A DNA stretch of 64,000 nt from assembly GCA_946534715.1 (NCBI GenBank), contig CAMNCW010000026.1:5611-69610 (forward strand). Reading direction: 5' to 3'. The position numbers and the translations under genes were made by a program. The notes beneath the pieces are model-generated. The model made no database searches, had not been told where the DNA came from, and saw nothing but the letters and a program-made list of their open reading frames with translations. The DNA comes from an uncultured Bacteroidales bacterium (GTDB lineage Bacteria > Bacteroidota > Bacteroidia > Bacteroidales > Paludibacteraceae). Shown here piece by piece: positions 34,339 through 42,290 of the stretch (positions are counted from its first letter, which is position 1; the number at the start of each line of letters is the position of its first letter).

Positions 34339-36507
34339 AAACGACTATTCAAAATAAGCCTTGCCCTGTGTGTCTGCCTGATAGTGGGCACACCGATGCG
34401 GGCAGTAGAGATGCTGCCTACTTTCGGCGACATCGATCATATTCATCTGCCGGCGCTCATTGTGCAACATGCCGACGGTGATCTGAGTCTGCAACTGCGA
34501 GCACAGGACACCACCTATATCGACAACGCGCAATACAAAGAGACGGTGATTAAGACCAAAGATCTGGTGCAGCCGTTCTATGTGACGATCCATGTGCGGC
34601 AATGGAAATCGGTAGCGATTACCGAGACATGGTATGAGATCCTGCACACCGAGAAAAAGCCCGTGCGGTTAGAGCGTTATGACAGCGGGTATCTGCCTAT
34701 CGAGGGCGATGCGCCGTACCTGTTGCACCTACACGGTAACTGGGCGGCGGAGGGAGTGCCGACTATCGAACCTCTGACGCGCGGTGTGAAGACGATCCGT
34801 AACTCCGACGGCGCACGCAATGCGCATCTGGATGCACCCCAAGTGATGATCTCGCTGGACGGTGTGCCGCAAGAGAACTACGGCCGTGTGTTAGGCGCTG
34901 CGCTTTGCTGGAGCGGAAATTTCGAGATACGCGTGGCGGCTACCGACGAGAAAGGTTTTCATTTCTATGCCGGCATTGATCCCATGGCATCCGAGTACGT
35001 ATTAGCGCCCAAACAAGTGTTCACCACGCCGCATTTGGCTTATACGTATTCGAACGAGGGTATGGGCGGTGTGTCGCGTGCGTTCCATCAATGGGCGCGC
35101 ACCTGCGGCATGATCCATAACGGCAATGCTACGCGGGCTATTCTGCTTAACTCGTGGGAAGGCATCTATTTCGACATCACGGAGGAGAAGATCCTTGCCA
35201 TGATGAACGATATAGCGGCTTTCGGAGGTGAGCTCTTCGTGATGGACGACGGCTGGTTTGGCGGTAAGTACCAACGCAACAGCGATGATGCGGCGTTAGG
35301 CGATTGGACGGTCGATACACGCAAGCTGCCGAACGGACTCGAAGCTCTCACCAAAGCAGCCAAAGAGCGGCATATTCAGTTCGGTATATGGATCGAGCCC
35401 GAATCGACCAACACCCTTTCGGAACTCTATGAGAAGCATCCTAATTGGGTGCTCCAAGAGCGCGGAAGGGAACTCAAACTCGGTCGCGGAGGTACACAAG
35501 TAGTGCTCGATATGACGAACCCGGAGGTGCAGGATTTCGTGTTCTCCATCGTGGATAACCTCCTTACCAAGCACCCCGAAATAGCCTATATCAAATGGGA
35601 TGCGAACGCCTCGATTCAGAACTACGGTTCGCCGTACTTGCAGGCTCTTTCCGAGAACAAGTCTCTCCCCTTCAGGGGAGTAGGAGGGGTCCGCTCGAAC
35701 CTCTACGTGGACTACCATCTGGGGCTGGTCAAGACGCTCGAACGCATCCGCGCCAAGTACCCGGACGTGGTGATACAGAACTGCGCCTCGGGCGGCGGCC
35801 GTGCCAACTACGGGCTTATGCCGTATTTCGACGAGTTCTGGGTGTCCGATAACAACGATGCGCTGCAACGCGTCTATATCCAGTGGGGCACGTCGTATTT
35901 CTTCCCCTCAAACGCCATGGCGCAGCATATAGGCGGAAGTCCGTACCTCATGACCGGCCGCACAACGCCGATCAAGTTCCGCTGCGATGTAGCTATGTCG
36001 GGACGGCTCGGTATGGAACTGCAACCGGCGCACATGACTGACGAGGAACGCGCACAGTGTACCGTCGCTTTTCGCGACTACAAAGCCCTGCGCTCCCTCA
36101 TCCAACTCGGTAACCTCTACCGCTTGGTATCGCCGTACAATGACAAATATCAAATGTCAAATGTCAAATTGCCCGAAACGCAAAGCGTTGCGGCATTGAT
36201 GTACGTCAATGATACCAAAGACCAAGCCGTGCTCTTTGCGTACGGACTCTCCTCTTTCATGAAGCAGGCGAGCCGCCGTATCCGTCTTGCAGGGCTTGAT
36301 CCGAACCGTACCTATACGCTCCATGAGAAGAATATCTCCGTTAAGTACCACCATGACCGCGGTTCATGGGGCGAAGGCGAACCCTGCGAACTCGACGGCA
36401 AGTCTTTTACCGGCGAATACCTCATGTCCGTTGGTCTGGATATCCCTCTCTCTACCGAATACAACAGGGATTATCCCTCACGTATATTTTATTTAATTGG
36501 TAATTGA
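34336..36507 (+). CDS. GH36 alpha-galactosidase
   Basis: 723 aa. FVMDDGWFG, IKWDANA and NCASGGGRANYG motifs typical of GH36. Confidence 0.9.
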   Translation: MKRLFKISLALCVCLIVGTPMRAVEMLPTFGDIDHIHLPALIVQHADGDLSLQLRAQDTTYIDNAQYKETVIKTKDLVQPFYVTIHVRQWKSVAITETWYEILHTEKKPVRLERYDSGYLPIEGDAPYLLHLHGNWAAEGVPTIEPLTRGVKTIRNSDGARNAHLDAPQVMISLDGVPQENYGRVLGAALCWSGNFEIRVAATDEKGFHFYAGIDPMASEYVLAPKQVFTTPHLAYTYSNEGMGGVSRAFHQWARTCGMIHNGNATRAILLNSWEGIYFDITEEKILAMMNDIAAFGGELFVMDDGWFGGKYQRNSDDAALGDWTVDTRKLPNGLEALTKAAKERHIQFGIWIEPESTNTLSELYEKHPNWVLQERGRELKLGRGGTQVVLDMTNPEVQDFVFSIVDNLLTKHPEIAYIKWDANASIQNYGSPYLQALSENKSLPFRGVGGVRSNLYVDYHLGLVKTLERIRAKYPDVVIQNCASGGGRANYGLMPYFDEFWVSDNNDALQRVYIQWGTSYFFPSNAMAQHIGGSPYLMTGRTTPIKFRCDVAMSGRLGMELQPAHMTDEERAQCTVAFRDYKALRSLIQLGNLYRLVSPYNDKYQMSNVKLPETQSVAALMYVNDTKDQAVLFAYGLSSFMKQASRRIRLAGLDPNRTYTLHEKNISVKYHHDRGSWGEGEPCELDGKSFTGEYLMSVGLDIPLSTEYNRDYPSRIFYLIGN
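35663..35691 (+). repeat. G/C hairpin mini-element in frame in GH36 (translated SLPFRGVGGV)
   Basis: ctctcccc-ttca-ggggag taggaggggtc. Confidence 0.8.
36138..36171 (+). repeat. Heptamer array CAAATNT x5 in frame in GH36 (NDKYQMSNVK)
   Basis: caatga caaatat caaatgt caaatgt caaattg. The 20-mer aatgacaaatatcaaatgtc recurs (reverse strand) in aroQ at 62178-62219. Confidence 0.9.
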
Positions 36508-36573
36508 TAATTGTGATCTCGTGATCTCGTGATCTCGAAATTTTTAATTTATAATTTATAATTTTTAATTTAA
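36494..36573. repeat. Composite spacer: TAATTGN x3, GTGATCTC x3 (perfect), AATTTWT x5
   Basis: Fills almost the whole GH36 to next-gene spacer and includes the GH36 stop (36505-36507). The octamer recurs at 46419-46458. Confidence 0.9.
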
Positions 36574-36581
36574 ACAACATT

Positions 36582-37451
36582 ATGAAAAAGTTTTATTCAT
36601 TATTCATGGCTTTATGCCTTTCCGCATTGATGCTCAATGCCAAGACTGTAGAAACAACCCTTTGGGAAGGGGAGTACACCAATGGCGTAGAAATCAACTC
36701 TGCCACAATCGCTACCTTCAAAGCCGGAGACATCCTCCGTGTCTATGTAACAGTGCCGGAAAATGGCGCTAACTTCAAGATCGTCTATAAAGGCGCACCA
36801 GATTGGTCTGAGACCACGATCCCTTCCATTAACGACCAGTGGCCGTGGGTGAATGGCGGCGAGACCTACAAGGAGTTTGCTCTTACGGAGGAAGACCTCA
36901 CCGCTTTTGCCGGCAAGAACATCTACGTCTATAAAGGCGAGTACTCCACTATCAGCAAAGTGTCGCTTATCTCCGAAGAGAAAGACATGAAGGAGACTAC
37001 CCTTTGGGAAGGGGAATCTACCGGCGACATCGAACTCAATGCGGCTACCGTAGCTACCTTCAAAGCCAATGATATCCTCCGCGTCTATGTAGCGGCATCG
37101 GCTGAGGGCGGAAACTTCAAACTGGTCTATAAAGGTGAGCCCGATTGGAAAGAGAAAGCTATTCCTTCTGTCAACAGCAGTTGGCCGTGGATCAATGGCG
37201 GTGAAGACCGCTTTGAGGTCACTTTCACAGCTGCGGATATAGCGGCATTGGCATCCATGAACATCTATCTCGCTAACGGTGGCCGTTCGATCGTCAAAGT
37301 GTCGCTCCTTACCGAGGACCAAGGCGGTTCTACAGGCATTGACAATACATCCGCCAATTTTGGCGGATCGCAGAAGATCCTTCGTGACGGTCAACTCTAT
37401 ATCCTGTACAACGGCACCAAGTACAATGTACACGGTCAGGTAATTAAATGA
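36582..37451 (+). CDS. Secreted surface protein with two ~108-aa tandem modules and the conserved tail
   Basis: TTLWEGE....E(I/L)N.AT(I/V)ATFKA.DILRVYV....G.NFK(I/L)VYKG.PDW appears twice. Tail ILRDGQLYILYNGTKYNVHGQVIK. Confidence 0.7.
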   Translation: MKKFYSLFMALCLSALMLNAKTVETTLWEGEYTNGVEINSATIATFKAGDILRVYVTVPENGANFKIVYKGAPDWSETTIPSINDQWPWVNGGETYKEFALTEEDLTAFAGKNIYVYKGEYSTISKVSLISEEKDMKETTLWEGESTGDIELNAATVATFKANDILRVYVAASAEGGNFKLVYKGEPDWKEKAIPSVNSSWPWINGGEDRFEVTFTAADIAALASMNIYLANGGRSIVKVSLLTEDQGGSTGIDNTSANFGGSQKILRDGQLYILYNGTKYNVHGQVIK

Positions 37452-37460
37452 GAAAATAAG

Positions 37461-37495
37461 TAAATCTCAAATGTCAAATCTCAAATCTCAAATAT
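37461..37495 (+). repeat. Heptamer array CAAATNT x5 containing the GH26 start codon
   Basis: taaatct caaATGt caaatct caaatct caaatat gives MSNLKSQIL. Confidence 0.9.
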
Positions 37496-38541
37496 TGCTC
37501 TTGTTGGCATGTGCGTTCTGCGCGTGCCAACAGAGCAATCCTGTTCTCTTCGGTCATCAGGACGATGTGGTCTATGGCTCTCAATGGCAGCGTCTGGCGG
37601 ATAGTACCTATGCGGACACGCGTTCCTGCGTCTATGACGTCACCGGTCAATGGCCCGACCTCATCGGTTTTGACATCGGCGGTATTGAACTGTGCCACAC
37701 CCGTAACCTCGACTCCGTACCTTTCTCACGCATGTTGGAGGAGTGTCAGCGGCAGTTCGCCCGAGGCGGAAAAGTAACCCTCTCATGGCACGCCCGCAAT
37801 CCTCTTACCGGCGGTAACTCATGGGACACGACACCCTGCCTCGCTGAGATCATTGACCCCGACACCGATGTCCATGACACCATGCAGGTGTGGATCGAAC
37901 GCGCTGCAGCTTTCATTGCGCAGGTAGCAGCACTCCAAACGCAGCCGGAACAACTCATCGTCCGCCTTTGGCATGAGCAATCCGGCAACTGGTTTTGGTG
38001 GGGCAGGGATGCCGGTTCGGCGAAGGACTATATTGCCCTATGGCAATGGACGCGCAACTACATGAATATATTGGGTATCAATGCGCTATACGCATATAGC
38101 CCGGACAAGCTCACCCTCTATGAATCCACGCCCGAGGGTGCTTTCCGTGAGACCGCAGAATGGTACCCCGGAGACGAATACGTTGATATCATCGGTACCG
38201 ACTGCTATCATTTCGGCGGGGCAGAAGGTACGGAGGACTATCTCCGTCGTGCGCACAGGCAACTCAACGCCGCGGCGCAATTGGCGAAGGAGCATCATAA
38301 ACGCCTCGCCTTCACTGAGACCGGCTGTGAGTCTATCCGTTGCCCGCATTGGTACACAGAGGTCTTATTGCCCCTCCTGCGCGAGTACCCGGCAATCGAA
38401 TACGTCCTCGTCTGGCGAAACGCGTGGGATATACCGCATCATTACTATACCCCCGCACCGAATCATCCCGAGGCAGAAGATTTCAAATCTTTCATCCAAC
38501 AAATCTCAAATCTCAAATGTCAAATTTCAAATCTAAAATAG
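37471..38541 (+). CDS. GH26 beta-mannanase (second copy), lipoprotein
   Basis: Lipobox LLLLACAFCAC. GH26 signature VRLWHEQSGNWFWWG. The C-terminus QQISNLKCQISNLK is encoded by a heptamer array. Confidence 0.85.
   Translation: MSNLKSQILLLLACAFCACQQSNPVLFGHQDDVVYGSQWQRLADSTYADTRSCVYDVTGQWPDLIGFDIGGIELCHTRNLDSVPFSRMLEECQRQFARGGKVTLSWHARNPLTGGNSWDTTPCLAEIIDPDTDVHDTMQVWIERAAAFIAQVAALQTQPEQLIVRLWHEQSGNWFWWGRDAGSAKDYIALWQWTRNYMNILGINALYAYSPDKLTLYESTPEGAFRETAEWYPGDEYVDIIGTDCYHFGGAEGTEDYLRRAHRQLNAAAQLAKEHHKRLAFTETGCESIRCPHWYTEVLLPLLREYPAIEYVLVWRNAWDIPHHYYTPAPNHPEAEDFKSFIQQISNLKCQISNLK
38500..38541 (+). repeat. Heptamer array CAAATNT x6 (42 nt) containing the GH26 stop and the GH130 start
   Basis: caaatct caaatct caaATGt caaattt caaatct aaaaTAG. 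Confidence 0.9.
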
Positions 38542-39731
38542 CTACTCTCCGTGCCGCGCACGAAGCGCTTCTCTCCCGTCCTAACGAACCCGTTGAAGGC
38601 GGCAACGGTATCTATACCAAATACCGTTATCCTATCCTCACGGCGGAGCACACGCCGCTGGAATGGCGGTATGACTTCAACGAGCAGGACAACCCCTACT
38701 TGATGCAGCGCATCATGATGAACGCGGTGCTCAATGCTGGAGCGATCCTCTTTGAGGGCAAATATACCGTCGTGGCGCGCGTCGAAGGGGCTGACCGCAA
38801 GTCTTTCTTTGCGGTCGCACAGTCCGATAACGGCATCGACAACTGGCGTTTCTGGCCTGAGCCTATCACCATGCCCGATGGCAATAACGCACCGGCGACG
38901 AACGTCTATGATATGCGTCTGACGCAGCATGAGGACGGCTATATATATGGTATCTTCTGTGTGGAACGTCATGACGAGACGAAGCCGTTTGACACCTCTG
39001 CCGCTACCGCTGCTGCCGGCATTGCCCGCACTAAAGACCTCGTTCATTGGGAACGGCTCGACGATCTCAAATCGCTCTGCCAGCAGCGCAACGTCGTCCT
39101 TCACCCGGAGTTCGTGGAAGGGCAGTATGCGCTCTATACACGCCCGCAGGACGGATTCATCGAGACCGGCAAAGGCGGTGGAATAGGGTGGACTCTCACG
39201 CCCGACATCACGCATGCCGAAGTACGTAACGAGCGTATCATCTTCGGGCGGCAGTACCACACCGTCTATGAGGTCAAGAACGGAGAAGGACCCGCTCCTA
39301 TCAAGACCGCCAAAGGGTGGTTGCACCTTGCCCACGGCGTGCGTGCTACCGCGTCCGGACTCCGTTATGTGCTCTATATGTACATGACCGCCCTCGACGA
39401 CCCTACACGTGTCATTGCCCGTCCCGGAGGATGGTTCTTAGTGCCGGAAGGCTACGAGTATATCGGCGATGTGATGAACGTCGCCTTCTCCAACGGCTGG
39501 ATCGTGGAGGAGAATAAATCGTACATCGTAAATCGTCCAATCGTAAATGATAAAGACACCCGCCGTGTCTTTATCTATTACGCTTCGGCGGACACCCGTC
39601 TGCACGTAGCTACCACCACCGTGGATCAGCTCCTCGATTACTGTCTTAACACGCCCGTAGATGGTCTTAATACCTCCGCCTCTGTGGACAAAATCAAAGC
39701 CCTCGTCGCAAAAAATCGTCAAATCCGATAA
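38517..39731 (+). CDS. GH130 beta-1,4-mannosylglucose/mannooligosaccharide phosphorylase
   Basis: From MSNFKSKIATLRAAHEALLSRPNEPVEGGNGIYTKYRYPILTAEH..VARVEGADRKSFFAVAQSDNGIDNWRFW, the pattern of Bacteroides 4-O-beta-D-mannosyl-D-glucose phosphorylases. Overlaps the GH26 gene by 25 nt. Confidence 0.85.
   Translation: MSNFKSKIATLRAAHEALLSRPNEPVEGGNGIYTKYRYPILTAEHTPLEWRYDFNEQDNPYLMQRIMMNAVLNAGAILFEGKYTVVARVEGADRKSFFAVAQSDNGIDNWRFWPEPITMPDGNNAPATNVYDMRLTQHEDGYIYGIFCVERHDETKPFDTSAATAAAGIARTKDLVHWERLDDLKSLCQQRNVVLHPEFVEGQYALYTRPQDGFIETGKGGGIGWTLTPDITHAEVRNERIIFGRQYHTVYEVKNGEGPAPIKTAKGWLHLAHGVRATASGLRYVLYMYMTALDDPTRVIARPGGWFLVPEGYEYIGDVMNVAFSNGWIVEENKSYIVNRPIVNDKDTRRVFIYYASADTRLHVATTTVDQLLDYCLNTPVDGLNTSASVDKIKALVAKNRQIR
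39516..39551 (+). repeat. Heptamer array AAATCGT x5 in frame in GH130 (KSYIVNRPIVND)
   Basis: aaatcgt acatcgt aaatcgt ccaatcgt aaatgat. Confidence 0.85.
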
Positions 39732-39736
39732 ATAAT

Positions 39737-39772
39737 CAATCGTAAATGGTAAATCGTAAAATCGTCAATTAT
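39737..39772 (+). repeat. Heptamer array AAATCGT type x5 containing the transporter start codon
   Basis: caatcgt aaATGgt aaatcgt aaaatcgt caattat gives MVNRKIVNY. Confidence 0.85.
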
Positions 39773-41137
39773 ATTGGTTACGGTCTGGGCGATATGTCCT
39801 CGTCGATGTTCTGGAAGGTGTTTTCGTATTACCTGCCGTTCTTTTACAGCAATATCTTCGGGCTCTCGCTCACCGATGCGGGTATTATCTTGCTCGTCAC
39901 GCGTATATGGGATGCGGTCTCGGACCCGATGATGGGGATATTAGCGGACCGCACGCACACGCGCTGGGGTAAGTACAGGCCTTATCTGCTCTTTGTCGCG
40001 CCTCTGTTCAGCATCGCCGGCATCTTGCTTTTCACCACGCCCGATTGGTCCTATTCCGCCAAACTCATCTGGGCGTATGCGACCTATATTTGCATGATGA
40101 CGGTCTATACCGGTATCAATGTGCCGTATGGCGCGATGCTTGGTGTGATGACCGAGAACTCGGATGAGAAGACGGTGTATTCCTCTTTTCGCATGTTCTT
40201 CGCCTATGGCGGTTCGTTCCTCGCGCTCTTTCTATGGGAACCGCTCTGCAATGCACTCGGAGGGTACAACTCCACGCAAGGGTGGTTCTGGGCGATGGTG
40301 GTCATTGCGGCTGCCTGCTTCGTCCTTTTTATCTGCTGTTTCCTGCTGACGAAAGAGGAATTGAAGACCGTCTCCACCGTCTCCATCGGGTCGGATTTCA
40401 AAGCCCTGCTTTCGAATAAACCCTGGTGGATCCTCATCGGGGCTGCCCTGTGTTTCAATCTCTTCTGCACCGTCCGAGGTGCTACGGTAGCGTACTATTT
40501 CGCCGACATCATCCCCGAGGGAGCTACTCTCTCTCTTGGTGCATGGTCGTTCCTCTTCTACGCCGGTCTCTTTCTCGCGGTGGGCGAAGTAAGCAACATG
40601 ATCGGTGTCGCGCTCTGTGTGCCCTTAGCGGCGCGGTTCGGTAAGAAATCCACGTTCATTGCGGTCAATATAGCCCTCTGTATCCTGTCCGTGCTGTTCT
40701 TTTTCATCCCTGTCACGCAGACGGGTTTCTGGCTCATGCTTATTGCCCAGATGCTTATCTCGATGCTCACCGGCGTGATGTCACCCCTCGTATGGTCAAT
40801 GTATGCAGATGTATCGGATTATGCCGAGCAGCGGTACAAAACTGCCTCCACGGGGCTGATCTTCTCTTCGTCCTCCATGGCGCAGAAGTTCGGCGGTGCT
40901 ATCGGCGGTTCGGCTGCCCTTTGGCTCCTTGCCGCCTGCGGGTATATCTCAAACCCTCAAACAGGCGAAGCCTTCACCCAGCCCGATTCAGCGCTCTTCT
41001 GTCTCCGCTGTCTCATGTCCTTTATCCCTGCGGCTGTCAGCCTCATCGCTGTCCTCGTCGTCTCCTTCTATCCCCTCACCACCGCCCGCATGAAAGAGAT
41101 TGATGCCGCCCTTCAAAAACAACGTAATGAACAATGA
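39746..41137 (+). CDS. GPH-family (MFS-like) glycoside:cation symporter
   Basis: 463 aa, 12 TM segments. GYGLGDM...LPFFYSNIFGLS..AG.ILLVTRIWDAVSDPMMG is typical of MelB/GPH transporters. Confidence 0.85.
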   Translation: MVNRKIVNYIGYGLGDMSSSMFWKVFSYYLPFFYSNIFGLSLTDAGIILLVTRIWDAVSDPMMGILADRTHTRWGKYRPYLLFVAPLFSIAGILLFTTPDWSYSAKLIWAYATYICMMTVYTGINVPYGAMLGVMTENSDEKTVYSSFRMFFAYGGSFLALFLWEPLCNALGGYNSTQGWFWAMVVIAAACFVLFICCFLLTKEELKTVSTVSIGSDFKALLSNKPWWILIGAALCFNLFCTVRGATVAYYFADIIPEGATLSLGAWSFLFYAGLFLAVGEVSNMIGVALCVPLAARFGKKSTFIAVNIALCILSVLFFFIPVTQTGFWLMLIAQMLISMLTGVMSPLVWSMYADVSDYAEQRYKTASTGLIFSSSSMAQKFGGAIGGSAALWLLAACGYISNPQTGEAFTQPDSALFCLRCLMSFIPAAVSLIAVLVVSFYPLTTARMKEIDAALQKQRNEQ

Positions 41138-42264
41138 CGTATGATCCATTGAAAGTATCTGCGCAACAGATACTTGAAACCAATATCTTAGCCTATTGGC
41201 TCAAACTCCGCGACCACGAAAGAGGAGGTTTCTACGGACGCGTGGACGGAGACGAACAGTGTCACCCTGATGCTCCTCGTGGAGCGGTACTCAACGCCCG
41301 CATCCTCTGGGCGTTCTCCGCGGCATACCGCGTCCTCGGTAAAAAGGAATACCTTGATGCCGCTAAAGAGGCGAAACGCTACATAGAGGCCTGTTTTATA
41401 GACCCCGATTATGGCGGCGTCTATTGGTCCGTTACGGCGGAAGGCAAACCTTTAGATACCCATAAACAGTTCTACGCGCAGGCATTTATGCTCTATGCTT
41501 TCTCCGAATATATACGTGCTACAGGAGATACGCAGGCGATGCCTGTTGCGGATGCTTTGTTCCGGCTGATAGAGGAGTACGGCAGGGATCGCGAGTATTT
41601 AGGGTATATCGAAGCCGCTTCGCGTAACTGGCAACCGCTGTCTGACATGCGCCTCTCCGATAAGGATGAGAACACCATCAAATCGCAGAACACTAACCTG
41701 CATATTCTCGAGGCATATACCAATTATTTCCGCATCCGTCCTTTGTCCGAACTGAGGGGCGCACTGAGCCTGCTCATTGACACCTTTCAGCACTATATCA
41801 TGCTCCCCTCCGGACATCTCGGACTCTTTTTCGATGAACAATGGCGTCCTACCAATGACCATTTCTCCGCCGGACATGATATCGAGTGCTCGTGGCTGCT
41901 GAACGAAGCGGCGGATGTTCTCGGAATCAATTGTACCGCTACTGTCCTGCGTCTCGCCGAAGCTGCCAAACAAGGCATACACCCCGATGGCTCTATTGGT
42001 GAACAGACCTGGTGGGAACAAGCCGAAGCCGTTGTCGGATTCTTCAACCTCGGGCAAATAACCAATGACCAATCACCAATGGAATTGGCGCTCAGGACAT
42101 ATTCCTATATCCAAGATGTTCTCATTGACCGCACCCACGGCGAGTGGTTTTGGTCGGTCATGCCGGACGGCACGCCTGACCGCACGCAAGACAAAGCCGG
42201 GTTCTGGAAATGTCCCTACCATAACTCCCGCATGTGCCTCGAGATTATGGAACGCCTGAAATAA
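41134..42264 (+). CDS. AGE-superfamily 2-epimerase (cellobiose/mannobiose 2-epimerase)
   Basis: 376 aa (alpha/alpha)6 pattern (..KQFYAQAFMLYAFSEY.., ..NLHILEAYTNY.., ..GHDIECSWLL..). Genomic context matches the GH130 mannan pathway. Confidence 0.8.
   Translation: MTYDPLKVSAQQILETNILAYWLKLRDHERGGFYGRVDGDEQCHPDAPRGAVLNARILWAFSAAYRVLGKKEYLDAAKEAKRYIEACFIDPDYGGVYWSVTAEGKPLDTHKQFYAQAFMLYAFSEYIRATGDTQAMPVADALFRLIEEYGRDREYLGYIEAASRNWQPLSDMRLSDKDENTIKSQNTNLHILEAYTNYFRIRPLSELRGALSLLIDTFQHYIMLPSGHLGLFFDEQWRPTNDHFSAGHDIECSWLLNEAADVLGINCTATVLRLAEAAKQGIHPDGSIGEQTWWEQAEAVVGFFNLGQITNDQSPMELALRTYSYIQDVLIDRTHGEWFWSVMPDGTPDRTQDKAGFWKCPYHNSRMCLEIMERLK
42055..42082 (+). repeat. Heptamer array CCAATNN x4 in frame in the epimerase (QITNDQSPM)
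   Basis: caaataa ccaatga ccaatca ccaatgg. Same unit and near-identical peptide as susD 29675-29695 (ITNNQSP). Confidence 0.8.
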
Positions 42265-42290
42265 TTTTAAATTTATAATTTTTAATTTCT
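42261..42290. repeat. A/T heptamer array (WWTAATT type) filling the epimerase-manA spacer
   Basis: ataatttt aaattta taatttt taatttc t ATG. Confidence 0.7.

Noticed and set aside
36612-37433. 273-aa minus-strand ORF antisense to the two-module surface protein
   Set aside because: The plus-strand reading has a signal peptide, internal tandem modules and the shared tail. The antisense product has none of these.
38520-39335. 271-aa minus-strand ORF antisense to GH130; also the 38340 upstream extension of the GH130 ORF
   Set aside because: GH130 homology begins at MSNFKSKIATL (38517). The upstream 59 codons overlap the GH26 C-terminal region in another frame. The antisense ORF has no motifs.
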